DNA from: Chrysomallon squamiferum
Lineage: Eukaryota > Animalia > Mollusca
Length of the DNA: 64,000 bases
Assembly: GCA_012295275.1 (NCBI GenBank)
Contig: CM022674.1
Span: forward strand, 3,782,001 to 3,846,000
Direction: 5' to 3'
Both the position numbers and the translations under genes were made by a program. The stretch's first letter is position 1. The number at the start of each line of letters is the position of its first letter. Shown piece by piece: positions 50,249 to 64,000 of this stretch. The notes under the pieces are model-generated. The model did not search any database and was not told where the DNA came from. It saw only the letters and a program-made list of their open reading frames with translations.

Positions 50249-51140
50249 TGGAACAAATCGCTCGCCGGGACGAAACCCTGAACCCACGAATTCAGAGGTT
50301 GGTGAAAAGTTTCCAGACGTCTGCCGTTCGGAGTTTACACGGCCCTAGCGAAATACCTTTCCCAAATGACTTGCCAGGCATGAATGTGGATCAGTACCGT
50401 AAGGTGGTAGCCAACGCCAAGAAATGTGTTCCAACACACAAGGGAATGGATTATGACCCGTTTCTTGCCCCACCCCCGTTTCCCATCCAACAGATGCCAG
50501 TTTTTACCCCGGTGGACACATCGAGAAGCGACCGATCGGAAACAATTTTGGAAGGCGAAACTATTTCGTGTTTTCTTGTCGGAGGGGAACGACGTCTGTG
50601 CCTCCCCAAATACTGAACACCGTTCTTCGCGATTTTACACTTCAACAGATCAACGCAGTTTGCGACGAACTGCATATTTTTTGTTCTCGGTGCAGCCCTG
50701 GACAGTTGGATACCTTAAAAATAACGGGGATATTACCTCTTATTGCACCGAGTTGCGGACTCGTCACGAAAACTGACGCCGAAAGACTGTGCAATGCACT
50801 TTTACACAGTAGCGATGAACCCTATCTCGAACCACCCGGTCCGGACAGTTTTAAAGTGTATCACGAATGCTTCGGAAAATGCAAGGGTATTTTCAATCCT
50901 GCTTTGTATCGGACGCCAGACTCGAAATGTATTCAGTGTGTTCACTGCCAAAGACTTTTCAGTCCACCAAAGTTCGTCTGTCATTCGCACAGAGCTTTGG
51001 AAAATCGTACGTGCCACTGGGGTTTCGATTCGGCAAATTGGAGATCTTATTTGCTTTTGACCAAAGATCAAGATTGTAAAGAAGAACTGCGTCGTATGAA
51101 GGCCCGATTTGACACCGGCAACAAATACAAACGAAAACAG
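50248..51140 (+). CDS. ski: First coding exon of a Ski/SnoN (SKI/SKIL) family transcriptional co-repressor, with an apparent 1-nt deletion at 50604-50607
   Basis: ATG at 50248 gives [33 protein letters not shown], resembling the Ski N-terminal R-Smad-binding motif. Then [23 protein letters not shown] continues in the other frame as [29 protein letters not shown]...GILP...[18 protein letters not shown] (Dachshund-homology domain). This is followed by [14 protein letters not shown]...[21 protein letters not shown]...[18 protein letters not shown] (SAND-like Smad4-binding domain) and [14 protein letters not shown]. Joins ORFs 50245..50616 and 50568..51257; restoring one C gives 894 nt (298 codons). 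Confidence 0.96.
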
Positions 51141-51146
51141 GTAAAA
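51138..51146 (+). other. 5' splice donor ending the Ski exon (CAG|GTAAAA, phase 0)
   Basis: Homology stops at ...KYKRKQ and the sequence abruptly becomes AT-rich and low-complexity. Vertebrate SKI exon 1 also ends just after the GNKYKRR motif. Confidence 0.88.
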
Positions 51147-51330
51147 ATTATATTGTTTATGATATATATATATACGCAGGCATACGAACCAACACACAAT
51201 AACAATAAAAATTCAAATATTTCCGAAAATAATGATGTCAATAATTCGATATTATGAAATACATAATAATTCACAACTAATAGTAATATATAGATTACAG
51301 ATAAAACTTTATTTTTATTTTAATAGTTTC

Positions 51331-51374
<44 letters not shown>

Positions 51375-51995
51375 TAAATAAATAAATAAACAATATGCAA
51401 CAAAAGAAAACAAAACACCCTTACTAAAATTATGAAATTTAGTAAATACATTCTGATTCTGATCATTATAGAACCCGGTTTATTTTAAAATGAATAGCTG
51501 AAGCCATAAATTATACGTATTGTAAAATAACATAATCGGTTTACAACGCAACCTTGTTTACGAAATATTTATCGACAGGGTTGTCCGAATTAATGTCACG
51601 TTTGTAATCTTGTAGCCCCCCCACCTGAATAAATAATAACTGTCTGACAACAAAATATTGGAGTTCACTGCTTGTTTACGAAGTATTTGATCGGGGATCG
51701 AGAACGTTTTGTTACAAAAGTTATATTACTAAAAAAAAAAAAAAAAAAAAAAAAAAAAGAAGAAATTGCTTAATTACCACTACAGAAAAAAAAAAAAAAT
51801 GTTTCCAGCCTACTGCTACAATATTTATTACTACCGGTATTACTATATTTTAGAATAGTCATCTGCAGCTTCTCTATTATAACTAGATCTACTACATAAC
51901 TGTATTGTTTTTATTCTTGTTACTACTACTACTATTACCAACTGCTACTGTAAATAGTTTTGCAATTTTCCTCACAAAACCACAGCCAGTGAACG

Positions 51996-52048
<53 letters not shown>

Positions 52049-52183
52049 TAAATTCAATGGGGGGAAATAAAAGAAAATGTCTTACGTCAGCATTTACGTA
52101 AACAGTCAAAATGGCGGTAATAAAACAAATATTGTTCTAAATTTTATAAAGTTATTAAAAGGAATTTTTATCAAGATTGTGTC

Positions 52184-52223
<40 letters not shown>

Positions 52224-52732
52224 TGTAATAAAATGAAATAATAAAATGCCTCCCTCGAAGAACAAAAAAAGCAGCTATTTTATTTATTTATTTGGAATGA
52301 TTCTGGTGTAATTCCATGAATATATACATATGTATTTATTTTTCTATTAATTATTAGACAATTTGTGAACGACCTAAGTACACACGTCTTCAAAAAATAC
52401 TTAATCTGGTGCAAACTTGTATCATTGTTAAACAGTTTAAGAAAATAAAAACATAGTAAAACAGTTGTATATAAGGCAGCAGAAAAGTAATAATAATAAT
52501 AGTAATAATAAAAAATAAAAAAATCTCGTTACGTCAGAATGTTTTTGAAACGTCAAAAATTGGTGTATTTGTAAATAAATATTTAAAATAATGATTATTG
52601 CAATAAATATATGGGATTTATCTGCTGATATAACAAACACTAACAGCTACAACAATAATAAACATTAAAAATAGACAGATAAACTGATAAAATGTTTTAT
52701 TTCTCAATAAATAAACAAATTATATATTCATG

Positions 52733-52766
<34 letters not shown>

Positions 52767-53243
52767 TGTATGCATGTATGTATAAACGTATACACGCACA
52801 CATGTTTACTGAAATTTATTTATTATTCCCCTTTCTACTCGCTCACTGAGTTTTGTTTTAAACTGGCGCCTGACACACTAGCTGTCTTTTTTTTTTTTTT
52901 TTAAATATCCTAATCGATTGCAAGTGCTGTACCATGCTGGCACATGTTGACATAACATCAACAATTGGGCGAAATCTGCGCTATCATGCAAACATCATGG
53001 CGTCCATGTTCTTAGGAAAATTATATTTCATTTGTGGGAATTTATTTTTAGTCAGCATTATGCCGATAGTGTCATCTTCCTTATTTATTCTTTTTTGTCA
53101 GCGTGTCTGCCTGTCCCGTCTCACTTACAAAGGGGTGAAACATTGTGACATAGCTAAAGGGTGGTTGAGTGCTGTTTGTGAAAATCGATATGTTTAATAT
53201 TATTTACACGATTGTTGTCGTCCTTAAAACGTTATTATTATTA

Positions 53244-53281
<38 letters not shown>

Positions 53282-53830
53282 TCATTCCTTTATGCTTTGA
53301 TTTAATGTCTCTTTTTTTTTTTAGATATTTAAACCAGGTTTATCAGTAATTATGTTACGATTAAAAAAACAACAATATACAATAATTACATTCCCTATCC
53401 ATAAAAAAAAAAAAAAAAAATTGAATAATGTTTTGCCCGATCATTTTTGACAAACCCAGACAAAACTGTCAGTCTAAGCACACTTTCGGGGAGACCATAG
53501 ACAAACGGACGCGCGAGCTCGCAATAAATAAATAATAAGAAAGAAAGAAGAAGAAGAAAAAAAGTCCGATCTCGGCACAGATCAAACAAGACTGGGTAAA
53601 TAACAGACCACGTGCACATTCCCGCGCCTCCAGCTGGCCTGGTTTTGTGACAGTGGATAAATTGGAATTTGTGAGGCTTGTCGTCTGGCAAATGTTGATA
53701 TATATTCCTGTTATTTCACTCGTTTTCCAATGTTTCTCTTTAGTTAGGGCACAGAACATGTTGTTGTGACACAGAATGTTAAGATTTTATTTGTTACGGT
53801 ATAATAATAATAATACATTACTAACACAAA

Positions 53831-53865
<35 letters not shown>

Positions 53866-54168
53866 AAGTTTTTTAAAACTGCATTAATTGTGGTTTAGAA
53901 TGTTATATCCATCCGTTATACATTATAAATAAATAAATATTTGTCATTAAGTTACATATATATAAACCTTAAAATACTGCTAAAAAAAATTTAAAAAAAA
54001 ATAAAAACAAAGGAAAAAAACATGACACAAATAGGTATTCACGTGTCTGCATATTATATAAAAATCATGTATTTTAACTGACATTTTTGTTTTCTGAGAT
54101 AGACTGATGAAATAAACAATTTAAAAATAAATAAATAAATAAATAAAAGCGTGATGAATTGTTAGTTT

Positions 54169-54214
<46 letters not shown>

Positions 54215-54460
54215 CAGACAACAAAAAATCATGCAGTTTTAAAAAATAATTAATTAATAATTAATAATTTGTAATGTTGATACTTTCTGAAGTATACTGG
54301 CAACCGTTGTGGAGTTACAGGAACCAAAAAAAAATAACATGAAAGATGTTTGTTATACAGTTTTGTTTACTGTTAAAATTAATTAGCTACGTTATATAAT
54401 GACAATAATATTTTTAACAATTTTAAAAGATGTTTACTGTTAAAATTAGGCACTTAAAAC

Positions 54461-54518
<58 letters not shown>

Positions 54519-56928
54519 TCACTTAAGTAACAACAACAATGGTAATAATAATAGTAACAATATTAAAAATGGAAAAGAAGATTTGACACAACTGGTTAAC
54601 ATCTTTTAAATTACTGTGCTTCATTAAACTATATTAACCTACCCCACCTACTTCAGCTACCAGATTTCAATCCACGTACCCCACTAGTTTCACCTACAAC
54701 ATCTCCACCCACCCACCCACCCAGTCACCTCGCCCAAAAAAAAAAAAACATTCGCATTCGAAGCAGACGTATAAGCCACTTAGGATTATCATGGATTAAC
54801 CTAATAACAAAAAGATTAATCTTGAGGACACCCAACCTTGTGGTGATAACTCAGTTATGCTTGGCTGGTGACCATTGTCCAGAAACAACAAAACAACCAG
54901 TGGTCAAAAAAAAAAAAAAAAAAAAAAAAAGAAAGAAAGAAAGAAAAAGCCCCCATGCAGCTTTGCAGACACATTGTAGACATCTCGATTGAGGTTTTGA
55001 CGTTGTCCTTGAAGCAGAAAAGGAATGTTTTAATGACACCATTGTGGTTGTTATAAGGCTTCGTGTAATTGGTACATCTTGTCTGGGAGTGGATTTTAAT
55101 TTTTTTTATTTTATTTTATTTTTTTTTATTATTATTATGGGGTTGGGGAACCTTGGTTGTATGAAATTTTGGGACGGTTTTAAGGTATTTTTGCCCTTTA
55201 TTTTCTGATGAGATTATATTAAGACAAATTGATTTTATCACTGTGTCTGTATGTATTTAATTTAAATTATTTTGTAGATACATAAATATCTTTGATTTGT
55301 TAGTGTATTGCTTTTTGCCATTGCCCTCATGGCTCTCACAAAAGGTGAACAAGGGTTTTACTGCCCAGGGGTGAGAAACACTTGCAAACCAGGATTGTAT
55401 TTACACCTGTATACAGGTGCACCGATTTACCTGTGAATTTTAATTAAACGATTGCGAAAAAGAACAAAAAATATTCAAAAAACTGCTGCTTCCAGCTTTT
55501 TAATTGTACATGCTTGTTTAGCAAGTGAAAACTGGGACCAGAACTGTGTGTTACTTTGATTTCTCAAACAGATTAATTCTAATTAATGCTGCACCTGCCT
55601 CCCAAATTGCACCTGTGTCTCTCTCTCAGGTGGGTAAATGGATTCATCAACAGTGGGTCAGGCTTTCATGGCCACAAACAGACATTATTTTTGTGAATCA
55701 AAGAAAAGAATGAATAAAATGAATGGATGAATGAAGACAGACAAACTTCATTTTCACGGTGTGTTATGACAGGTTGTTTACGAAAAGGAAGAAACCAGAT
55801 CCTACTGCAGACTCTCTTGCGCAAATAGAAACATGGCTAATGATATAAAAAAAATATATACCTTTCCACTTTTTAAATTACGTTATTATTTTAAGGTAAA
55901 CATTGACTCTTTCATGACGACAAAGTTTCCTGTCTGGTAAATGAAGAAGGCAGGAAGTTGGGTTTTTTTTAAATAATCATACTGTAAAATAGAGAAACGC
56001 CTTACCAATGGTGTTAATAATATGATGAAACTTATCACTCTGAATTAGACAAATGTTATTTCAGGTCATCCATTTTGTGAAACAAGACATATTTCAATTT
56101 GTAATTCATGCATTTTAGCCAGTTGTGGCCACAGATTAATGAACATTTTGCCACAGACTGTAACCGTTTATTCTAAATTCTGCAAAATTCTGAAACATAT
56201 TGGCTATCCACATTTTGGAAAGTATTAAATTTTTGGTTGCTGGTCCTAATCAAAAGTTTGATGGGTTAAAAAAAGATTTCCTTTGCAAATTGGGTAAACA
56301 TATCAGGTAAACATACACTTCAGATAAAATACATTAGTAATTATGTAAGAAAAGACTTTAAAAAATAAAGTAATATTTATGTATGTAGGCCATTTGTTCA
56401 TACCAATAGAGAAACTTTAAAAAAAAAAAATATATATATAATAATAATTATTAAAATAAATAATTTGTTAAGTTTGCTTCTGTTGATTTATGAGATTGCT
56501 TGTGAAAATGTAGGTCAGTATTTGTAGATGTGCATAAATCATTGTTAATAAAGAGCCATGGATGTTTTTCTCTGTAAATGAAAACTTAAAAAGATTTTTC
56601 TATAATCCTGTTCAAAAGAAATGATTTCTCCAAACAAACATTATGTGTATCTCTCTCTCTCTTTATGTAAGCATACATTCATACACATGTCCAGCATACA
56701 GTCTGTCTGTCTTTTACTACAGTTAAGTAAAACATGTTTTATTTTAAAATTTTATTTAAGGTGAAAGCTCTGGCATGTTTTTAAGCATGGTATGTTTTTA
56801 ACCACCTACAAATTGTTAATTAATAGCTGTTTGTCGTACCAAATATGTTAATAATGTTAAAATATTATTCATAATTCATTCCTTTCCTCTTCTCTAAATG
56901 TACTTATATAAGGCAAGGACTCATAATT

Positions 56929-56987
<59 letters not shown>

Positions 56988-58569
56988 CTCTGCGTTTGGC
57001 TCATTTACATGTGACTGTAAATAAAACTAAAGTGAACGCGGATTATGAATATGTATGTTCAGTTTCTGCTTCTCATTAAAATTATCTTGATAGGAGACAA
57101 AAGTCATTGACTTGAACAAACTTGAACCTGGCCCAGGGGAAAACATGGTCTTGCCTTAAGCAAAGCCTATCAGAGATCATTACATGAACATGGTGTTGAT
57201 TTATTGACCTGTTTTCCTGATCTAACCACCTTCTCCATGATTGGTACTATTATATACACCGAGTAGCTAGATAATACTTGCTGATGGTGGACAAAGAATT
57301 GTTTTCATTGAATATCCAGAAATTATCTGTTAATGGTGGTGGACAGTCCTGTTTCCTTGGCCAAAAGGTTCTCTGAGGCTTCTGTTGACAAAAGCTGGGG
57401 TATGTGGAGTCGCGATTATGGAAAGAAAACACAATACAGAGGAGACTAGACATTGAATAGTTGAAGGTTTTTTTTTTTATCATACAGTTATGGTGAAAAT
57501 TAAAAAAAAAAATAAAAAAATAAATAAAAATGAAGAAAAGACCATGAAATGTGTGATATTTAGAAAGCATTGATAATATAATACAATTATGTTGAGGAGT
57601 TGTTAAATGGTCTTTCATTCATGTTACTGTCACCATTATGGATGTGCTGAATCTGAGTTACGTCTTCACTAACATGTGACACATTTAGAAACAACAACAA
57701 CAACAGCAGCAGCAGACTTCCCCCATTATTTATAAAAATATCGCTGTTTGGGTTATTTCCCAATCAGAGCTCCGGAACTGGGTTTATCAGTAACCATGTC
57801 TGTGGAGAAGATGCTTATAAATAATCTTCGGCTTGCAGAAATTAAGAAGTTTCAAAAGTATACGAAGCCCCGTTGATAAAGAATTAGAACTGATCAGTGC
57901 ATGTGTGCGTGTGCCCTAATCCACTCCTTGTACAGAATGTACGTTCCAGCCTTGAAGAACCGAGTGACAGAAATGCGAGCCTTGTTGAACCAATAATAGA
58001 CATGTGACCTCTATACCTGATGGTATCGGTTGAAAGCAAACTTTATCTTGAATGAACGTCCATCACAGTGAGACTCCTGCAATGTGCTAATCTGGTATGT
58101 CTCTGAAACAGGCTGTGAAAGAGTAAATATCCACCCCCCACACACACCCTCCTGTTGTCTTCCTTGTCTCTTGCATTCAGTCCCTTCCCCCCCTCCGTTT
58201 GGGTTTCGGCCCTGTTTTTCCTCTCTTGATAAGAGAGAGAAGGTGAGGGTTCGGATTGGGATCGATGGGGGGGGGAGGTGAAGTGTTTATGACAGGAGAC
58301 AGGTTTATCTGATAGTGGTATTCTAGTTTTACAGTGAAATTGTTCCAGGAGAACTGTTCTAGCTTATCTGCTGGGAAGTTCAGTTATATATGTCTGACTG
58401 GTTTTGTTTTGTCTCCACCGCAGCAACAGAAAGCTCAGCACTCGATTGGCTGCTTTTGAAAATCTTGTTCACTACACTTTTATTTCTTGAGTCTTACTTA
58501 CGTGTGTGTGTTGTGTGTGTGTCTGTTTAGATATTTATATATACATACACTCCTATATAATTTTACACT

Positions 58570-58601
<32 letters not shown>

Positions 58602-58850
58602 AAGAAAAGAACAATGCAACAGCAACAATCTCCCCCAAAAAATATCAACATTAACACCACCAATGACAACATGCTCAAAAAAAAACAAACCGTCCCCTGA
58701 CAACCAGTATCAAAAAAATGTTTTCTCATTTCATGGCATGATATGTATTTTTATTTGCTTGTGATATTTGTGTTTTCTGGGGTGTTTGTGATATACATGT
58801 ATGATTAAAATGCAGATTATAAACTCTCTGTGCTTAAGATGAGAAAAAAT

Positions 58851-58917
<67 letters not shown>

Positions 58918-58963
58918 TTTAACTGTTGTTGTTTGAAAGTTAAATGTGATTTAAAACATGCTG

Positions 58964-59020
<57 letters not shown>

Positions 59021-60886
59021 CACACACACTAAGCTAAGCTATGCTAGTGTTTGCGCATTCACACCCACACATTCCATGTTTTCCATACTTGCAAGATCTG
59101 CTATAATAATTAGGTGGGGAAACGAAAATAAAAAAGTAAATAAATAAATAAAAGAATAAAATAAAAAAAGAATTAAATAATTCCAAAAAAACAGACATTT
59201 ATGAAAAATATGTTGTGTAAGAATACTAGAATTTTTTTTTTTTTTTTTTTTTATATATATCTGCAGTTCACTGTAACTGTATTTATAGCTCAATTTATTA
59301 TTAGTATTATTATTACTTTTTTCTTTCTTTTTTATTTTTAAATTTGTTTATAACCACATATTTGGCTAAGAGACAAATTTGGGTCATAGCTTGATTAACT
59401 AACCAAAAATTTCATTAAATAATTAACAGTTTTACAACAACATACAAGCTTGGCGAAGAAACAAAATGAATTTGGGCCTATGCCATAATCAGAATCCAGA
59501 AGCAAGTTTGTTCTCTGCAGGTTAACAAATGAAATTATCAGCCAAAAATAATTTGAAGGAGAAGAAGAAGAAATAAATAACATTTAAAATATATATTTAT
59601 ATATATATATATATTTTTTTTTAGAAAGTTGAAAAAATAAAATACAAGGCAAATTGTGATAACCATCTGCTCAAAAATTTTAAATGTATATTTTTTAAAT
59701 TTCTTTAATCTTTTAAATCTCTGATGTTTTAAAAATGGAATGGGAAAAAAAAAAAAACCCAAAAGAATGAAAATAAGAGTCACTGGAAGAAAAAAAAATA
59801 GAAAAAAAAATTAAAAATTTCACATTTTTATTTTCTTTAGAAATATGTTTTTAAAAAATCAATTGCAGATTCATGCATGTGTAGTAGGGTGCCAAACCAA
59901 AGGAATGGCTTTTCTAGCTCAGAGTTATTGGAGAAAACCCAGTAGATTTTTCAAAATTAATAGCAAGATATATTTCATTATTTGCCTTCCCATTATTTGC
60001 GAAAAAATATTTGAGAAGTTTAGTTAACCATTTATTGAATACTGGCTAGAATGGGAAAAAAGGGCTGAGGAAGCGCTAATGAAACTTGATCCTGTATTCT
60101 GTCAGACTCCAATCTAATTATAGAACAACAGACTTTGCTATCATCGGCATCAAAGCAAAAGATGTTAAAGATAAAAGAACAGAACCACCAGAGTTATTGT
60201 GTTCAATATTTTGTTTTATTGATGTATAGAGAATTATTGCTACATCGGGGACTTTGTGTCCGTAGTTGCTGCTGACGGCCACTGTGATCCAATCCTGTGG
60301 GATTCTTAACAGATTTTAGATTAAAAAAAATTATATTTGGTTTTATGAGACATAAAAAGAAGTAAAAATTGGATTAAACATAATATGATCTAGAAACAAA
60401 TAAAACAATATTAGAAGTAATAATATCTAAAATTAAAAAAAAACTAGATCAAAAGAAATATCTAAGAATAAAAACTGAATTAAAAATAATGAAATCTAAA
60501 AAGGAAAAAATAAGATTAATAATAATCTAATTTAAAAACATGAAAATGAGATTAAAACCAGAGTAATTCTGAAACATCTGAAAAAATCTGATAAAATGTG
60601 ATCTACTTATAAGATAATTGTAAATATTTGGAAAGAAATTTTAATATCACATCTTTCTAATTATAGATCGTGGTTCTAGAAAATGTTTGAAGGAAAATTA
60701 ACACAGTCTGTTTGACATATGTTCACTTATTTCAGTATGTCACCTGATTTCCAATATCTGAACTTAAATTTCAAGTGTAACATCTATTTACGGTAATAGT
60801 GAGAGTGTCTTTTGTGATGAACATTTTAAAACATATTTTGAATTCATGTAAATGAAACTGTGAATTTGTTCTTTTGTATATATCCA

Positions 60887-60932
<46 letters not shown>

Positions 60933-61093
60933 ATTTTTTATCTCTTTCTCCATATATGCACATGAACATAAACCATATGTGCATGCAGACATTTGCACGC
61001 AAAACATGCATATACATACAAACATGCATGCGCGTACACACAAACACACACATCCCATACACAAATGTGCATGGACACAGAAACACACAAAGG

Positions 61094-61139
<46 letters not shown>

Positions 61140-61600
61140 GTGTATCCAACAGTCCAACAGTTCATTTTTAAAATTTTTCTTTTTCTTTTTTTTCTTTTCG
61201 TAATATCTCACAAAGTCCTATCTAATGTGTAGCATACCACACATGATGGAATAACAGTAGTGATAAATCTTAGCATGTAAAAGGATGACCTAACAAATGT
61301 CACACAGATATGATGTAACTACCATATGTACCATGTACCTTGAGATATGATATAACGGTCGTATGGACCATACACTCATAACTGTATATACGCCAAAGGC
61401 TTGTAACATAAATTCAGATACCTCAGTGAATATGAAGCATAATAATTTTGAAATAATTTTCTGTAATGTTGACATTAAATTATGGCAGGTTTTGAAGGGG
61501 ATGTTACTTGTTTACTTATTTATTTATTTATTTATTTATTTACTTAATCACTTTATTTATATTTGATTTCACTCTGTGGTTTGAAAATAGAATGTTTTGA

Positions 61601-61669
<69 letters not shown>

Positions 61670-61845
61670 AATGCTTTAATTATATTTCACATTTTGTCTG
61701 TTACATACTGACTTTGGGTGGATATTTTTGTTAGGAACATCTACATTGTTGTTTCTGTTTACTAAAATTGATTGTGCTACCTAAACAATTAGTTACTTTC
61801 TCCTTCTTTCCTTCACTCTTTCTACATTCCTATATACCACACACT

Positions 61846-61883
<38 letters not shown>

Positions 61884-62224
61884 ACGTTATAACATTTTTA
61901 AAAAGCATTTAAGAACCACCTAAAATAACAAAAATATAAACAAATATTCCCTGAAAAAACCCCACAAAACACACACTCATTTCTAATCACTTTCATAATA
62001 TTAACTTAAAACACTGACTTAATATACACCATATAATCACACCTATATATTATTTACCTATATGTGACAGACACATGCATATACACTTTAAATCCACAGC
62101 CTCAAGCTATATATTCATGATAAATTAGCCAGGTGTGTTGTAGATTGTGTACTTTTAACACCTGTAGTATTTTTACGTGTATTCTTGTAACACAAGAAAA
62201 ATTCAAACAGTTTAGTTATTATGT

Positions 62225-62298
<74 letters not shown>

Positions 62299-63204
62299 CA
62301 AAACAAGTAAACCAAACAAAAATAAAAATAAAAGATTTAAATTTATATATTTGTATATAAAACCAAAAATAAAATATTCTCCATCCTCAAATTATAATAA
62401 TCATAATAATAATCATAATAATAATAATATAATCATTTAAAAAATAAAAAAAATAAATAAAAGTGCAACTGTTTCATCATCTTAATCAATATTTTATTAT
62501 AACTCACAAAGATTCTATGAACTTGTATTCTTGTATTAAAACCATCTTTTGAAAGTAATACTTCAAGTTAAAACACACACACACACACACGGACACACAT
62601 ACACAAACACATCCCTCAATAATAGCAAGAAGAGGTATTAGCGGCAACAACGAAAATAAAACATTTTTGTTAGCTTGTCCCAAACCACAGAAATGTACTC
62701 AGTCTGTTTTACGTCAAGCCAAAGCAATGAATAGACTGAGAAGAATTGTACAAAAGATTTTTGTGTACGGTAATAAAAGATTAAAAAATGTCGGTCAATG
62801 CACATTCAAAATGGAGACTTTGTTGGAGGATTACATGCGTCCTTTGACCTCAAAAAAGGTCATAGTGTGTTAATCTTTTTTTATTCCTTTTTTTTATGTA
62901 AAATACCTGTGTACAGTCTAAAAATATTTATAAACATAGACTTGCCAGAAGATTGATTAGATGAAGACGAATTTATTGAATGGGCCTTGAAATAATTACG
63001 TGACTGTGTACACAATGTTTCTTTTTTCCTTCTTTTTCTCAGTTATTTATTTTGTTTATTTATTTATTTATTTATTTTATTATTTATTTATTTTATTATT
63101 TATAAAAGTTAAACACCAGTCAAAATGTGTGTACACTTAAAATAGTTCCAGTACTGATTTGCATGAATGCTATTAAATGTGCTTCCAAATGTCTGAAATG
63201 TGTG

Positions 63205-63303
<99 letters not shown>

Positions 63304-64000
63304 AAAAATAAATAAAAGAGAAAAAAAAAAAAAAAAAATAAACAAATCACGTAAAATTTCAAGGCCCAGAATAAACAACTTAAAGAAGACTTGTGTACAG
63401 TCCAAAAATTTATTTCTGATATAGACTTGCATGAAGGCAATTTCTCCAAAGTGGGCCAGGAAATAATTTATCTTGTGTGCATTTTTTTCTTTTAAAAAAT
63501 AATTTTATTGTAGACGTGGGTAAAGTCTAAATTTATTTATAGTGTAGACTTGCATGTAGGCAGTTTTGCTGAAGATGAAAAACAAAAATAATCCAAAAGA
63601 AAGAAATAAGGTGACAACAAATGTTATGCACTTTCCTAAAAAAAAACCAGTAACCGCAAAAAAAAAAAAAAAAAAAAAAAAAAAATAAAATAAACACCCA
63701 CACAAAAAGAACAAAACAAAAAACAACAAAAAAAAAACGGACAAAAATAATTTAAAAAACCCAACAAAAAACAACAACAAAAAGAAAAAAGTGGGCAATA
63801 GCTAAGAAAATTGGTTTAAAAAAAAAAAAAAAAAAAATAAAATGAAATAAAAAATAAAAAAAATAATATAAAATAAAATAAAATAATATAATATAATATA
63901 ATATAATTAAAAAAAATAAAAAAAAAAAAAAAAAAAAAATTAAAATAAAAAAAAATAAAATAAAAATAAAAATACTAACAAACTCACTGCCCTGAAATTT
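51141..64000 (+). other. Probable Ski intron (no downstream exon recognised in the window)
   Basis: Follows the donor; non-coding, microsatellite-rich. The C-terminal coiled-coil part of Ski was not found. Confidence 0.7.

Noticed and set aside
50603-50612. Programmed -1 ribosomal frameshift at C CCC AAA
   Set aside because: It is not an in-frame X XXY YYZ heptamer (the A-site AAA would have to re-pair on CAA), I saw no clear stimulatory structure, and no Ski orthologue is known to need recoding; homopolymer error is more parsimonious.
50426-51274. Alternative-frame and antisense ORFs overlapping the Ski exon
   Set aside because: Expected shadows of a GC-richer coding exon; no recognisable homology.
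58395-58470. Possible Ski exon 2 after the acceptor-like gttttgttttgtctccaccgcag
   Set aside because: The downstream translation shows no recognisable Ski similarity, so it cannot be supported without RNA data.

Overview
AT-rich, extremely microsatellite-dense animal genomic DNA, probably lophotrochozoan/molluscan (inferred from composition and protein similarity only). The only credible coding sequence is the large first coding exon of a Ski/SnoN-family TGF-beta co-repressor on the + strand (50248-51140). It has the N-terminal R-Smad-binding motif, the Dachshund-homology domain and the SAND-like Smad4-binding domain, and ends at a GT donor. A single missing C at 50604-50607 splits it, most likely a homopolymer sequencing error. 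The preceding ~50 kb has no recognisable coding sequence. It consists of simple repeats, minisatellites and a modular composite tandem-repeat field (~32-43 kb), punctuated by short CpG-retaining islands rich in CRE, YY1, Smad and nuclear-receptor motifs. The most notable signals are a Smad-site cluster with an exact GRCGNC-N5-GTCTG element in the putative promoter, a uORF whose stop overlaps the Ski ATG, eleven perfect TGACGTCA palindromes upstream, a paired ER6+DR4 element, and a CpG-depletion transition in intron 1. I cannot support a wholly new gene system. Nearly all ORFs in the provided track are microsatellite translations.
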